DNA from: Polyangiaceae bacterium
Lineage (GTDB): Bacteria > Myxococcota_A > Polyangia > Polyangiales > Polyangiaceae
Direction of reading: 5' to 3'
NCBI GenBank assembly: GCA_032229665.1
Contig: JAVTWR010000059.1
Location: 113,191 to 177,190 of the forward strand
Length of the DNA: 64,000 bases
Shown: positions 1 through 8,448 of the stretch, piece by piece
How positions within the stretch are numbered: the stretch's first letter is position 1
How the letters are laid out: every line of letters begins with the position of its first letter
The notes under the pieces: model-generated
The model's database searches: none
Told to the model about the DNA's origin: nothing
The model's input: the letters and a program-made list of their open reading frames with translations, nothing else
Made by a program: the position numbers and the translations under genes

Positions 1-591
1 GGCGCTACCGAGCCGGACCTTTTCGGCACCCCGCCCGCGCGCACCAACCAGAGCTCTTCCGGCAGCAGCGGCGCATCGTCCGGAAGCGGCAGCTCGTCCA
101 GTGGCAGCGTCGACGCCGGCCCCATCGTCGACGTGGTCGATCCGCCCCGCGACGTGAACGTGCCGCAACCCAGTGTCGACAAGGGCCGCGTGTTCTGCGG
201 CAAGGGCGAGAAGGGCGACGACGTCTACTGCCCCGCCGGCGGCGTTTGCTGCGCCGAGCGCGACCCCGGCAACGCGCGCTTCTCCAAGTACACCTGTCAG
301 GCCAACGCCGCGGCCTGCGCGGGGCAGTATCTGCTCCCCATCGTGTGCGACGACAGCCAGGATTGCCCGGGAAACCAGGTGTGCTGCGCATTCCGGCAGA
401 GCCCCCAGGGCTCGTTCGCCCGCTACGTGCGCACCCAGTGCGTTCCCAACGGCCAGTGCGCCGGCAACAGCGGCGGCGAGGAACGCATTCGTCTCTGCGA
501 CGAGGCCGCGTCACCGGACGAGTGCACCACCTCGGGCCTCAAGTGTGGGCCCAGCACCGCGTTGCTCGACTTCGCCGTGTGCGCGCCCTGA
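1..591 (+). CDS. secreted cysteine-rich protein, C-terminal part (5' end lies outside the window)
   Basis: Frame 1 is open from base 1 (GATEPDLFGT...SSSGSSGASSGSGSSSSGS linker) and runs into listed ORF 133..591. The last 150 aa carry 16 Cys with repeated C..CC spacing. GC3-rich codons. Confidence 0.6.
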   Translation, partial: GATEPDLFGTPPARTNQSSSGSSGASSGSGSSSSGSVDAGPIVDVVDPPRDVNVPQPSVDKGRVFCGKGEKGDDVYCPAGGVCCAERDPGNARFSKYTCQANAAACAGQYLLPIVCDDSQDCPGNQVCCAFRQSPQGSFARYVRTQCVPNGQCAGNSGGEERIRLCDEAASPDECTTSGLKCGPSTALLDFAVCAP

Positions 592-629
592 TACCGTAGC
601 TGTCACACTCCGGCGGGGGTCGTCGACGT

Positions 630-2111
630 ATGCGCATGAGAACGACGCTGGCCTTGGTGCTCTTCGCGTGCACGCCGCCCCTCACGCGGGGCGCCCCCGA
701 GCCCCCGCCGGAAGCCGCACCGCCGCGCGCTGCGAGCACCGCCGCGAGCGACGCGGGCCCGTTCGCGTCGGGCCCTGCCAACGCGGCGACCGATGCTGCG
801 GCACCGGCGCCGGTGGGGGAAGCCGACGGGAACGACGATGGGGAGACGCCGGGCGAGGGAACGGTGGGACGTGGCGGCGCGTTCGTTCGGGTGGGGCAAG
901 CGCCCATGGCCTTGCAGCGCATCTGCGACCTGACGGTGCACAAAGACGCGCTCTATGCGGCCCACGCCCGGCAGCCGCTGGGCATCGACGGCGCCACCAT
1001 CACGCGGTACCAGCCGGAGCAGCCCAAGCCGTTCGCGGTGGCCTTCGACTGGAATCGCCCGGGTGAGCCCACCAAGGGCGGCGGCGCGGGGCAGGGATTC
1101 TTGCGCGTGCACTCCATCGACGGTCGGCTCTACGTGCCCGATGCAGATCCGCCCTACAACGGTCTGGGGCTCGCCGAGTACGGCACCGAAGGCTACGTGT
1201 TCGTCTCCGCGGAAGACGGACGCTTCGCGCCCCCGCGTTATCCGCACTTCCGTCCGCCGGCGCCGCCCGATCTCGTGAGCAAGGGGCACGACGTGAGAGT
1301 GCCGGGAAAGCCCCCCGGCGGCGTGATGCCTGCCTGGGGCGGCGCTTCGGTGTTGCCGCGCGCATACCACGTCATCGATGCCATTCGGTATCGCGGGCAT
1401 CTCTACGCGTCCACCGGCTCGGTGCCGCCCAAGGAACGCGCCTGGAGTGGGCCTTCGCCCGGCGCCTTGCACATGGCGACGCCGGATCTCGCGCGCTGGA
1501 ACTACGTGCTGGGATATCCCACGCCCTACCAGAACGGTGTGTGGCGGCTCACGTATCTCACGCGCTTCAAGGGGCGCTTGTATGCCGGCATCCAGGACTA
1601 CGACGGCCGCGACCCCAACTCGTACGTGATGTTCACGCCCCCCGAAGGGCGCGAGGTCGTCGAGCAAGCGGACACCCATCCGGTGGCGGTGCCGGGCGTC
1701 GGCGGCGCCATGACCGTGCGCTGGTATGCCGATCGCGGCAAGCTGTACTGGCTCGCCTTCGGCCTCGCCGGTCGCGATATGAAGCTGCGCGTCACCGAGG
1801 ACGGCGATCACTGGAAGGAGATCGCCATGCCCGACGGCGCCGGCAGGCCCACCGACATCGTTCGCTACAAGGACGCGCTGGTGGTGCTCACCGAGCGCTC
1901 GCTGGTGCGGGTGGACGGTGCGGAGCCGCTGGTGCTCGCGGAGATCAACGACAAGAAGTCGCCCTTCGTCCTCGACGACTACTTCTGCAGCGCGCCCCTC
2001 TCGGTGTACCGCAACGAGCTCTATGCCGGCGGCCAACGCGACGGCGCCCTCTTCAAGTGGGTTCCGGAAGCGCCCGCAGCCGCACAGGCGTCCGACGCGG
2101 GCGCGCCTTGA
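630..2111 (+). CDS. secreted hypothetical protein, beta-propeller-like
   Basis: N-terminal signal/lipobox-like MRMRTTLALVLFAC. Recurring blade-like motifs GRLYVPD, GHLYAST, GRLYAGI, GKLYWLA, NELYAGG. Protein-like composition, unlike the antisense ORF 603..2546. Confidence 0.7.
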   Translation: MRMRTTLALVLFACTPPLTRGAPEPPPEAAPPRAASTAASDAGPFASGPANAATDAAAPAPVGEADGNDDGETPGEGTVGRGGAFVRVGQAPMALQRICDLTVHKDALYAAHARQPLGIDGATITRYQPEQPKPFAVAFDWNRPGEPTKGGGAGQGFLRVHSIDGRLYVPDADPPYNGLGLAEYGTEGYVFVSAEDGRFAPPRYPHFRPPAPPDLVSKGHDVRVPGKPPGGVMPAWGGASVLPRAYHVIDAIRYRGHLYASTGSVPPKERAWSGPSPGALHMATPDLARWNYVLGYPTPYQNGVWRLTYLTRFKGRLYAGIQDYDGRDPNSYVMFTPPEGREVVEQADTHPVAVPGVGGAMTVRWYADRGKLYWLAFGLAGRDMKLRVTEDGDHWKEIAMPDGAGRPTDIVRYKDALVVLTERSLVRVDGAEPLVLAEINDKKSPFVLDDYFCSAPLSVYRNELYAGGQRDGALFKWVPEAPAAAQASDAGAP

Positions 2112-2115
2112 TTCG

Positions 2116-2397
2116 CTAGCCGAGGGCGCGGACCGCCAGCTCGGAGCGCGAACGCACGCCGAGCTTGGCGAAGATACTGGCCACCTGGTTTGCGATGGTT
2201 CGCACCGCGGTGCCCCGCAGCCGCGCGATGCTCGCGTTGTCGCGGCCCTGGAGCAACAGCGCGACGACCTCTCGCTCGGCTGGCGAAAGGCGAGCGTCGT
2301 CGAGCGTCGCCGCGAAAGGATGCGCGAACAGCACCTTGCCCGGTGCCAGCTCGTAGGCCACGAGGCCTTCCGGCGGTTCTTTACCGAGTCGCGGCAT
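2116..2397 (-). CDS. LuxR/GerE-family HTH transcriptional regulator (93 aa, stand-alone)
   Basis: C-terminal LSPAEREVVALLLQGRDNASIARLRGTAVRTIANQVASIFAKLGV matches the GerE-type helix-turn-helix. Confidence 0.8.
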   Translation of the reverse strand: MPRLGKEPPEGLVAYELAPGKVLFAHPFAATLDDARLSPAEREVVALLLQGRDNASIARLRGTAVRTIANQVASIFAKLGVRSRSELAVRALG

Positions 2398-2514
2398 GCG
2401 AATCCAGCGTGGCGCGCCGGGCGTCGGGCGTCAAGTCCGGGCGGCGCGCCATAGTCATTCGGATGACAAGGTGCGGCGATTGACTTTGCGGATGCATTCC
2501 GAAGAATCAAGCTC

Positions 2515-3501
2515 ATGGCGACGGACCTGGACGTGATCGGATCCATCGAAGCTGCCTACGCGACCGAGGGCACCGACGATGAATGGCTCGGACGCGTGGC
2601 GGCAGCGGTAGCTCCTGCGTTTGGCGCAGAAATCGCGCCGGTTACCGCGTTCTCGTTCGACGTGCGCGCCAGGGTCTACCTTGGCGACTTCGCGAGCGTG
2701 GGCGCCTCTCCGTTCACGCGACGGCAGTTCGAGCTTCAGCAGAGCGCGGCGACCCCGGCCCAGCTCCGAAGCGCCTTCGAGTGCGACATGCTCACCCTGC
2801 TCTCTCGCGTCGTCGGTCGACAAGAGGCTCGAAAGGGGCTGCGCAAGGGCGACATGGGCGAAACCGTCGACTCGCTCGGCCTTCGAGCCAACGCCACGCC
2901 CGACAGCGGTGTGGTGATCACCACCGTGGTGCCGGGCGGTTTTCGTATTCGTCACCGCCCTCTTTGGGTGCGGGTCGCTGCGCACATCGGCGCGGGGCTC
3001 CGGTTGCGCCGAGCGCGTCGCGTGCCGCCCGAAGGCGCCGTCGCGGTGCTCACGCCGAGCGGTCGACTCGAGCACGCCACGCCGGCGACCGAGGCTGCTC
3101 GCGCGGAGCTGGCGGACGCTGCGCAGGCGATGGACCGGGCTCGCGGGAAGCTCCGCCGGCTCGATCCCGACGAGGCCAGCTCCATCTGGCGTGCCATGGT
3201 GTGCGGCGAGTGGTCCATCGCGGAGTGGTTCGACCACGACGGCAAGCGCTTCCTCATCGCCCACGAGAACCGCGTCGCTCCCGATGCGCCACCCGAGCTC
3301 ACCTCGCGGGAGTGGCAGGCGGTGGCCTGCGCCGCCATGGGCCACTCGAACAAGCTCATTGCCTACGATCTGGGGCTGTCGACGGGAACGGTCAGCGTGC
3401 TCCTCCGGCGCGCCGCAGAGAAGATGGGGGCGTCCTCGCGTACCGCGCTCATCGGCGCGTTTCGCGAGCAACGGCCGTCGCGCGAAGCACCCGTGAGCTG
3501 A
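2515..3501 (+). CDS. LuxR-family regulator with a large uncharacterised N-terminal domain
   Basis: C-terminal LTSREWQAVACAAMGHSNKLIAYDLGLSTGTVSVLLRRAAEKMG is a GerE HTH. About 250 aa N-terminal domain starting MATDLDVIGSIEAAYATEGTDDEWL. ATG at 2515. Confidence 0.8.
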   Translation: MATDLDVIGSIEAAYATEGTDDEWLGRVAAAVAPAFGAEIAPVTAFSFDVRARVYLGDFASVGASPFTRRQFELQQSAATPAQLRSAFECDMLTLLSRVVGRQEARKGLRKGDMGETVDSLGLRANATPDSGVVITTVVPGGFRIRHRPLWVRVAAHIGAGLRLRRARRVPPEGAVAVLTPSGRLEHATPATEAARAELADAAQAMDRARGKLRRLDPDEASSIWRAMVCGEWSIAEWFDHDGKRFLIAHENRVAPDAPPELTSREWQAVACAAMGHSNKLIAYDLGLSTGTVSVLLRRAAEKMGASSRTALIGAFREQRPSREAPVS

Positions 3502-3512
3502 GACGAGGAACC

Positions 3513-4589
3513 TTGACCCACGTGTCTTCCACCCAGGAGCGCGCCACGGCGTTGGCCGCCGCGGGCCGATACTCCGAATCGGTGCACGAGGCTTCGCGCG
3601 CGCTTCGCCGCCTCGGGCGCGACCCGACGCCGGCCGCGGTGCTGGCGCGCGCCCGGCTCTGCTGCCTTCTCGGCCGGAGCCTCGAAACGCTCTGCCAACA
3701 TCGAGAAGCGGCCCGCGCCTATGCCCGAGCCCTGCGCGAGGTGCGCGCGCTCCCAGCTTCCACCGCCGAGGTTCGACGATGCTTGGCCGAGGCCCTCGCG
3801 GACGCGGGCCGCCTCGCGCGGCTGCAGGACGACTTCGAGACCGCCGAGTCGCTCCTCGGGCAGGCAGACGACGTGGCCAAGACGCTACCCGCACCCGACC
3901 GAGTCCGCGCCACGACGCTCAACGAAATAGGGGTACTCTGCAAGTACACCGAGCGCTTCTCCGAGGCGGATGCCGCATATCGCGAGGCGCTTTCGATACT
4001 CGTCTCGGTGCACGGTGAAGACAGCCCCGCGCTGGCGAGCCTCTACCACAACCTCGGCGGACTCGAGCACGCGCGCGGTCGCCCGAGTGAAGGCGAGGCG
4101 TTCGCACGAAAGTCGGTGGCCCTGCGATCGGGCGCGCTGGGCGAAGAGCACCCGGTGGTCGCGCAAGACCAAGCGGCGCTGGCGGCCATTCTCGACGAGT
4201 GCGGTCAGCGCCAGGAGGCAGAGGCGCTGTACCGCGCTGCACTCCGCACGTTCGAGAATGCCTTCGGGCCGGTCCACTACGAGATCGCGGTCAATCTCGG
4301 CAATCTGGCGACCTTGCTCGCGGAGCGAGGCGCGTGGAACGAAGCGGAGGAGGCCTATAGGGGCGCCATTCACATCGAAGAATCGATTCTGGGGCCGCAC
4401 GCGACCGGCGTGGCGCTCTCCGCGAACAACCTGGCCGCTCTCCTGGCGCGCACCGGCAAGGCGCACGAGGCAGAGATCTGGTACGCGCGTGCCCTCTCCA
4501 CGTTCGAGAGCGCGCTGGGGCCCACGCACTCGCACACGATAGGCTGTCGAGAAGACCTCGCCACGTTGCGCGCCCGCCTGACTGGTTGA
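3513..4589 (+). CDS. TPR-repeat protein (TPR_10/12, kinesin-light-chain-like repeats)
   Basis: Repeated A..Y..AL.I.....G..HP..A....NLA motifs, e.g. EADAAYREALSILVSVHGEDSPALASLYHNLG and EAEALYRAALRTFENAFGPVHYEIAVNLGNLA. The listed ORF starts at 2583, but that upstream part overlaps the LuxR gene in another frame. An in-frame TTG at 3513 or GTG at 3522 follows a GAGGAA RBS-like motif. Confidence 0.75.
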   Translation: MTHVSSTQERATALAAAGRYSESVHEASRALRRLGRDPTPAAVLARARLCCLLGRSLETLCQHREAARAYARALREVRALPASTAEVRRCLAEALADAGRLARLQDDFETAESLLGQADDVAKTLPAPDRVRATTLNEIGVLCKYTERFSEADAAYREALSILVSVHGEDSPALASLYHNLGGLEHARGRPSEGEAFARKSVALRSGALGEEHPVVAQDQAALAAILDECGQRQEAEALYRAALRTFENAFGPVHYEIAVNLGNLATLLAERGAWNEAEEAYRGAIHIEESILGPHATGVALSANNLAALLARTGKAHEAEIWYARALSTFESALGPTHSHTIGCREDLATLRARLTG

Positions 4590-4606
4590 TACCCAGGAGC
4601 GAAGCA

Positions 4607-4747
4607 ATGCCCACCGAGCTCGACATCATCGGAGCCATCGAAGCGGCCTATACGACCGAGGGGACCGACCAGGAGTGGCTCGAGCGTCTCGCCCATTGCG
4701 TAAGTCCGGCATTCGGCGCGGGCGGTCTTCACTCGCGATGGGCGTGA
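4607..4747 (+). pseudogene. truncated paralog of the N-terminus of the 2515..3501 LuxR-type regulator (46 codons, then stop)
   Basis: ATG at 4607 translates to MPTELDIIGAIEAAYTTEGTDQEWLERLAHCVSPAFGAGGLHSRWA*. Compare MATDLDVIGSIEAAYATEGTDDEWLGRVAAAVAPAFGAE of the upstream gene. Similarity ends near codon 40 and no HTH follows. Confidence 0.55.
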
Positions 4748-4991
4748 TGGTCTTGCAGATCTCCAGCTTCGCCTTGGCCTCGTCGATGCGGCCACTGTTG
4801 CTCACCGACTCACGGAGCCCCGTGGCCGGCGGTCGACAGAACGAGACTCGTTGATGGCCGCCGGCGCGACTGCTCTACGAGAGCTATCGATGCGCATGGT
4901 CAATTGAACGACGCGTGCGCGTGGACCGCCTTGCGGGTCCGGGGATGCGTGGGGGGCGCAGCGCCATGGGCGGCGTGGGCCGTTCGTACGC

Positions 4992-6338
4992 TCAGGGCGC
5001 CGGGCACGTGCGCTTGGGGAGTGGGAAGGGGGCGCGCGGGGTTTGGTCGAAGTCGAACGAGGCCATCATGCTGCCCACCACGCCGTCGCGGGCGTGCGGA
5101 TCGCGCTTGCTCATGAACTCCATGCCCCAGAGCTCTTCCACCAGGCGCGGCACGCTGGCTTGCTCGAGCGGCGTCTTGAGCACGAAGCCTTTCTTGGCGT
5201 AGGGCGAGATGACCATCGCCGGGAGTCGGAAGCCGGCCTGGAACACCTGACCGTTGGCGCACTTTCGCGCGGGCGGGGCCACGTGATCGTACCAGCCGCC
5301 CCAGTCGTCCCAGGTGACGATGATGGCCATCTCCTTCCACTGCGGGAGCTTCATGGCGGCGTTGATGATGTCGACGGTGAAGTTCTCGCCCACGCACGGG
5401 TAGGCCTCCGGGTGCTCCGATGCGTCGCCGCTCCACAGGTGGCCCACCGTGAGGTTGGCGATCTTGCCGGCGGCGAGGTCGGCCACCAAGTCGCCCTGCT
5501 TGCGGAAGTGCGAGGTGTAGCCGGGGGCGCTGGTGACGGACTTGAACATCTCGGGGATGGACCCACCGTAGTTCGACCAGGTGAAGCCCTTGGGCAAGTG
5601 GTCGGTGAGGGTCGGCACGTCGAAGCACGGCTTCACGGTGGCGGTGGTGCACTTGTCGGGATCGTACGAGGTGACGCGGACGTCGGGACCGGCCGCGCAA
5701 CCGCGCCCTTTGCACTCGCCGCCGTCCTTGGTGCACTTGGCGTTGTCGAGCACCAGTGATTGCCCGGTCCAGAACACCGTGTGGCCCGGGGTGCTGGGGC
5801 CGAGGGTGGTGGAGAAGAAGTGGTCGGCGAGCACGAAGTTGCGTGCATACTGCCAGTAATTGGGAATCTGCTGCTCGCTGTAGAAGTAGAACGGCCGCAC
5901 CGCGTCGCGGGTGTCGAAGCCATCCATCTTGCCGCCGTGGTAGGCGTTCTGCCCGCAGGTGTTGGAGTGGCAGATGTCCTTCATGAGCTGCGTGGGCGCA
6001 GCCTGCCGGGTGATGGTCTTGCCATTCGAGAGCTTGGCGGTCTTGGAGCTCTCGGCCCCGGGAAAGCCGGTGAAGTAGTTGTCGAAGGTGTGGTTCTCTT
6101 TGACCAGCACCATCACGTAGCGAATCTTCGAAGGGATGGGCGTGGTGTCGTCGCCGGGCGTGGGCGGGACGCCGGGGTCGTCGACGCCATCGACGCCGTC
6201 CTCGTCCTCACCGTCGTCGCCGTTGTCGACCACCGTGGGCGCCGCCGCGGGGCTCTCCGAGCGGCAGCCGTACGAGAGAAGCGTGCCGGCAGTGACGAGA
6301 CCGAGGGCGAGCGCAGAGACGACGCGAATCGAGGACAT
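4992..6338 (-). CDS. phosphoesterase-family lipoprotein (phospholipase C / AcpA acid phosphatase family)
   Basis: IRYVMVLVKENHTFDNYFTGFPG matches the PF04185 N-terminal signature, and a TWDDWGGWYDHV motif is present. Lipoprotein signal MSSIRVVSALALGLVTAGTLLSYGC. Start chosen at 6338 (alternative ATG at 6362); the listed ORF extends to 6494. Confidence 0.8.
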   Translation of the reverse strand: MSSIRVVSALALGLVTAGTLLSYGCRSESPAAAPTVVDNGDDGEDEDGVDGVDDPGVPPTPGDDTTPIPSKIRYVMVLVKENHTFDNYFTGFPGAESSKTAKLSNGKTITRQAAPTQLMKDICHSNTCGQNAYHGGKMDGFDTRDAVRPFYFYSEQQIPNYWQYARNFVLADHFFSTTLGPSTPGHTVFWTGQSLVLDNAKCTKDGGECKGRGCAAGPDVRVTSYDPDKCTTATVKPCFDVPTLTDHLPKGFTWSNYGGSIPEMFKSVTSAPGYTSHFRKQGDLVADLAAGKIANLTVGHLWSGDASEHPEAYPCVGENFTVDIINAAMKLPQWKEMAIIVTWDDWGGWYDHVAPPARKCANGQVFQAGFRLPAMVISPYAKKGFVLKTPLEQASVPRLVEELWGMEFMSKRDPHARDGVVGSMMASFDFDQTPRAPFPLPKRTCPAP

Positions 6339-6502
6339 GTCGGTGCGCAATGCAACCGTCATGCCCTCGCTCGATACCTTGGATTCCGCGGCAACCCGCC
6401 GTCGGGTGTGCCTCCGACGTCCCACTTCGCGTGCCCTCGCGACATCGGCCTCGTGAGACGTCGCGCCTCCGGAGCGCAGTGAGGGCGATCGCACTCAGTC
6501 CG

Positions 6503-6802
6503 TCACTTGGGCGCGCGCGGCGGAACGCCGTAGCAGTACGGGTAAACGGTCTGGCACATGCCGGGATACGCCGTCGTCTTGCACGCGGACGCGCACGCGG
6601 CGAAGGTCGTGTACGAGACCTTGGTGGCGAAGCACTGGTACACCGGCGGCGGGCACGAGATGGCGTACGCCGGGTCGACCTGGTCGCTGCCGATGGGCGC
6701 GGGAGCTTCGGTCGACGCCGGATCTTCCGGCGAGGTATCGGCGGCGCAGCCGGCGAGCGTGAAGAGAGATACAGCCAGCGCGAGCGAGAGAGCTTTGAAC
6801 AT
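6503..6802 (-). CDS. small cysteine-rich lipoprotein (99 aa)
   Basis: MFKALSLALAVSLFTLAGC lipobox at an internal ATG (6802) of listed ORF 6503..6946. The mature part has 7 Cys and is Tyr/Pro rich. Confidence 0.6.
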   Translation of the reverse strand: MFKALSLALAVSLFTLAGCAADTSPEDPASTEAPAPIGSDQVDPAYAISCPPPVYQCFATKVSYTTFAACASACKTTAYPGMCQTVYPYCYGVPPRAPK

Positions 6803-6996
6803 GTGGAGCCATTGCCGGATCGCCCCGCCGAGTATCAGCGCTGGCGCGCCCGAGCACGGCTTTGTCGTGGCCTGATCCAGTTGTCGCGGCGTCTCGGCGT
6901 CGCGGCGCGAGAATTGCGGCATTCGCCGGTACATCCGGGGTGGCACGGGCCCTGCTACCCTGGCGATGTCGGCGAAACGACGAGAGGAGAGACGCG

Positions 6997-7296
6997 ATGT
7001 CGGTGACCAAGACGTGGGGGGTGGTGCTCGCAGCGCTCGGTTTGATGGCGACGGTGGCGTGCAGCGCCGGGCGCAGCGATGGCGGTACGAAGATCGGCGA
7101 GCCCGAGTATCCCGGCGCGCCGTCCTGTCAGGACCTGAGCGCGCAATACGCCGCGTGCCCCAACGCCACCGACAAGCAGAAGCAGGAGTTCTTGACGGCG
7201 TGTCAGCAGCCGCGGATCACCGAAGCGTGCCGCCGATGCATCGACGGCAAGCTGTGCGGAGACACGGACACCTGCGACTCGTCCTGCGGCAAGTAG
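6997..7296 (+). CDS. small cysteine-rich lipoprotein (99 aa)
   Basis: ATG at 6997 preceded by GAGGAGA. Signal MSVTKTWGVVLAALGLMATVAC. 9 Cys in the mature part (CRRCIDGKLCGDTDTCDSSCGK). Confidence 0.65.
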   Translation: MSVTKTWGVVLAALGLMATVACSAGRSDGGTKIGEPEYPGAPSCQDLSAQYAACPNATDKQKQEFLTACQQPRITEACRRCIDGKLCGDTDTCDSSCGK

Positions 7297-7300
7297 CGCC

Positions 7301-8386
7301 TTACATCACCGAGCTGGTGCTGGGGGGGACCGGCACCGAGGGGAGCGACTCGTCGGTGAAGCCGGCGAGCTCCTCGCTCACGCGGCGGAGGTACTGCTGC
7401 TTCACGTGGAAGGGGAGGAAGGCGCTCTTGAAGCCGCTGAGGATGACGGCCTTGAGGTCCTCGAGGCTGAAGTCCATCTCCCGGTGGCAGAGCCAGAGCT
7501 CCTTGGAGACGGTGGTGTCGGTGACCAGACGGTTGTCGGTGTTGACGGTGACCCGCAGGCCGAGGTTCTTGTAGAGCTTGATCGGGTGCGCCTTCATGTC
7601 GCGGATGGCGCCGGTCTGCACGTTCGACGACGGGCAGCACTCGAGGGCGATGCGGTGGTCGTTGAGGTAGTGGAGCAGATCGCCGTTCTCGCGGAGCCGG
7701 CAGCCGTGCCCGATGCGGTGGGCGCCGCACACGTGAATCGCCTGGGCGATGGACTCCGGTCCGTAGGCCTCGCCGGCGTGGATGGTCACGTTGATGTTGT
7801 TGTCGCGCACCAGCTGGAAGGCGGCTCGATGGTGCTTGGCCGGGTGGTCGTACTCGGCGCCGGCGAGATCGAAGCCCACCACGCCGCGGCCCTTGTAGGC
7901 CACCGCCAGCTCGGCCATCTCCAGGGAGCTCTCGGCCGAGACGTTGCGGATGCCGCAGATGATGACCGCCGACTCGATGCCGAACTTGTCTTGCGCTGCC
8001 CGCAGGCCCTCGAGCACCGCCTCCACCACCGCCGTCAGCTTCAGACCCTTGCGGGTGTGGAGCATCGGCGCGTAGCGGACTTCCATGTATCGTACATTCT
8101 CTTTCGACGCGTCCTCCGCCAGCTCGTAAGCGATGCGGGTGAGGGCGTCGGCGGTCTGCATGACCTTCAGGGTCACGTCGAAGGCCTTGAGGTACTCCAC
8201 CAAGGAGCCGCAGTTCTGCCCCAGATTCATGGCGGCGCGCAGGCCCTCTTCGTCGCTGGCGGGCAGCGCCACTTTTTGCTTCTGGCCTAGCTCCAGGATG
8301 GTGGAGAGGCGGAGCGAGCCGTCGAGGTGAACGTGGAGATCGGTCTTCGGGAGCCGCTGGATGAGCTCGAGCGGGATGGCTTTCAT
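7301..8386 (-). CDS. add: adenosine deaminase
   Basis: LPKTDLHVHLDGSLR metal-binding motif, VVGFDLAGAE, NVTIHAGE, HRIGHG and TVNTDN(R) motifs typical of Add. Start taken at MKAIPLE (8386); a GTG alternative lies at 8401. Confidence 0.9.
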   Translation of the reverse strand: MKAIPLELIQRLPKTDLHVHLDGSLRLSTILELGQKQKVALPASDEEGLRAAMNLGQNCGSLVEYLKAFDVTLKVMQTADALTRIAYELAEDASKENVRYMEVRYAPMLHTRKGLKLTAVVEAVLEGLRAAQDKFGIESAVIICGIRNVSAESSLEMAELAVAYKGRGVVGFDLAGAEYDHPAKHHRAAFQLVRDNNINVTIHAGEAYGPESIAQAIHVCGAHRIGHGCRLRENGDLLHYLNDHRIALECCPSSNVQTGAIRDMKAHPIKLYKNLGLRVTVNTDNRLVTDTTVSKELWLCHREMDFSLEDLKAVILSGFKSAFLPFHVKQQYLRRVSEELAGFTDESLPSVPVPPSTSSVM

Positions 8387-8448
8387 GGCCCCTTGTAGCA
8401 CGCGCGTTCGGAAACGGAATACCGTGCGCGCGACCGTTCAGTGTCTGT

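Noticed and set aside
5-514. 169-aa minus ORF, and the overlapping plus ORFs 173..1066 and 246..599
   Set aside because: All are alternative frames of the Cys-rich secreted protein and the next gene. They are extremely Arg/Pro-rich with no coherent features.
603-2546. 647-aa ORF on the minus strand
   Set aside because: It is antisense to the well-formed secreted protein gene 630..2111 and runs through the LuxR gene in another frame. Its composition is dominated by Arg/Ala/Gly/Pro with no motifs, typical of a stop-poor antisense frame in high-GC DNA.
2583-3512. N-terminal 310 aa of the listed 668-aa ORF 2583..4589
   Set aside because: This part overlaps the LuxR-type gene 2515..3501 in another frame and is Arg-rich. 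Only the TPR portion downstream of the TTG/GTG at 3513/3522 looks real.
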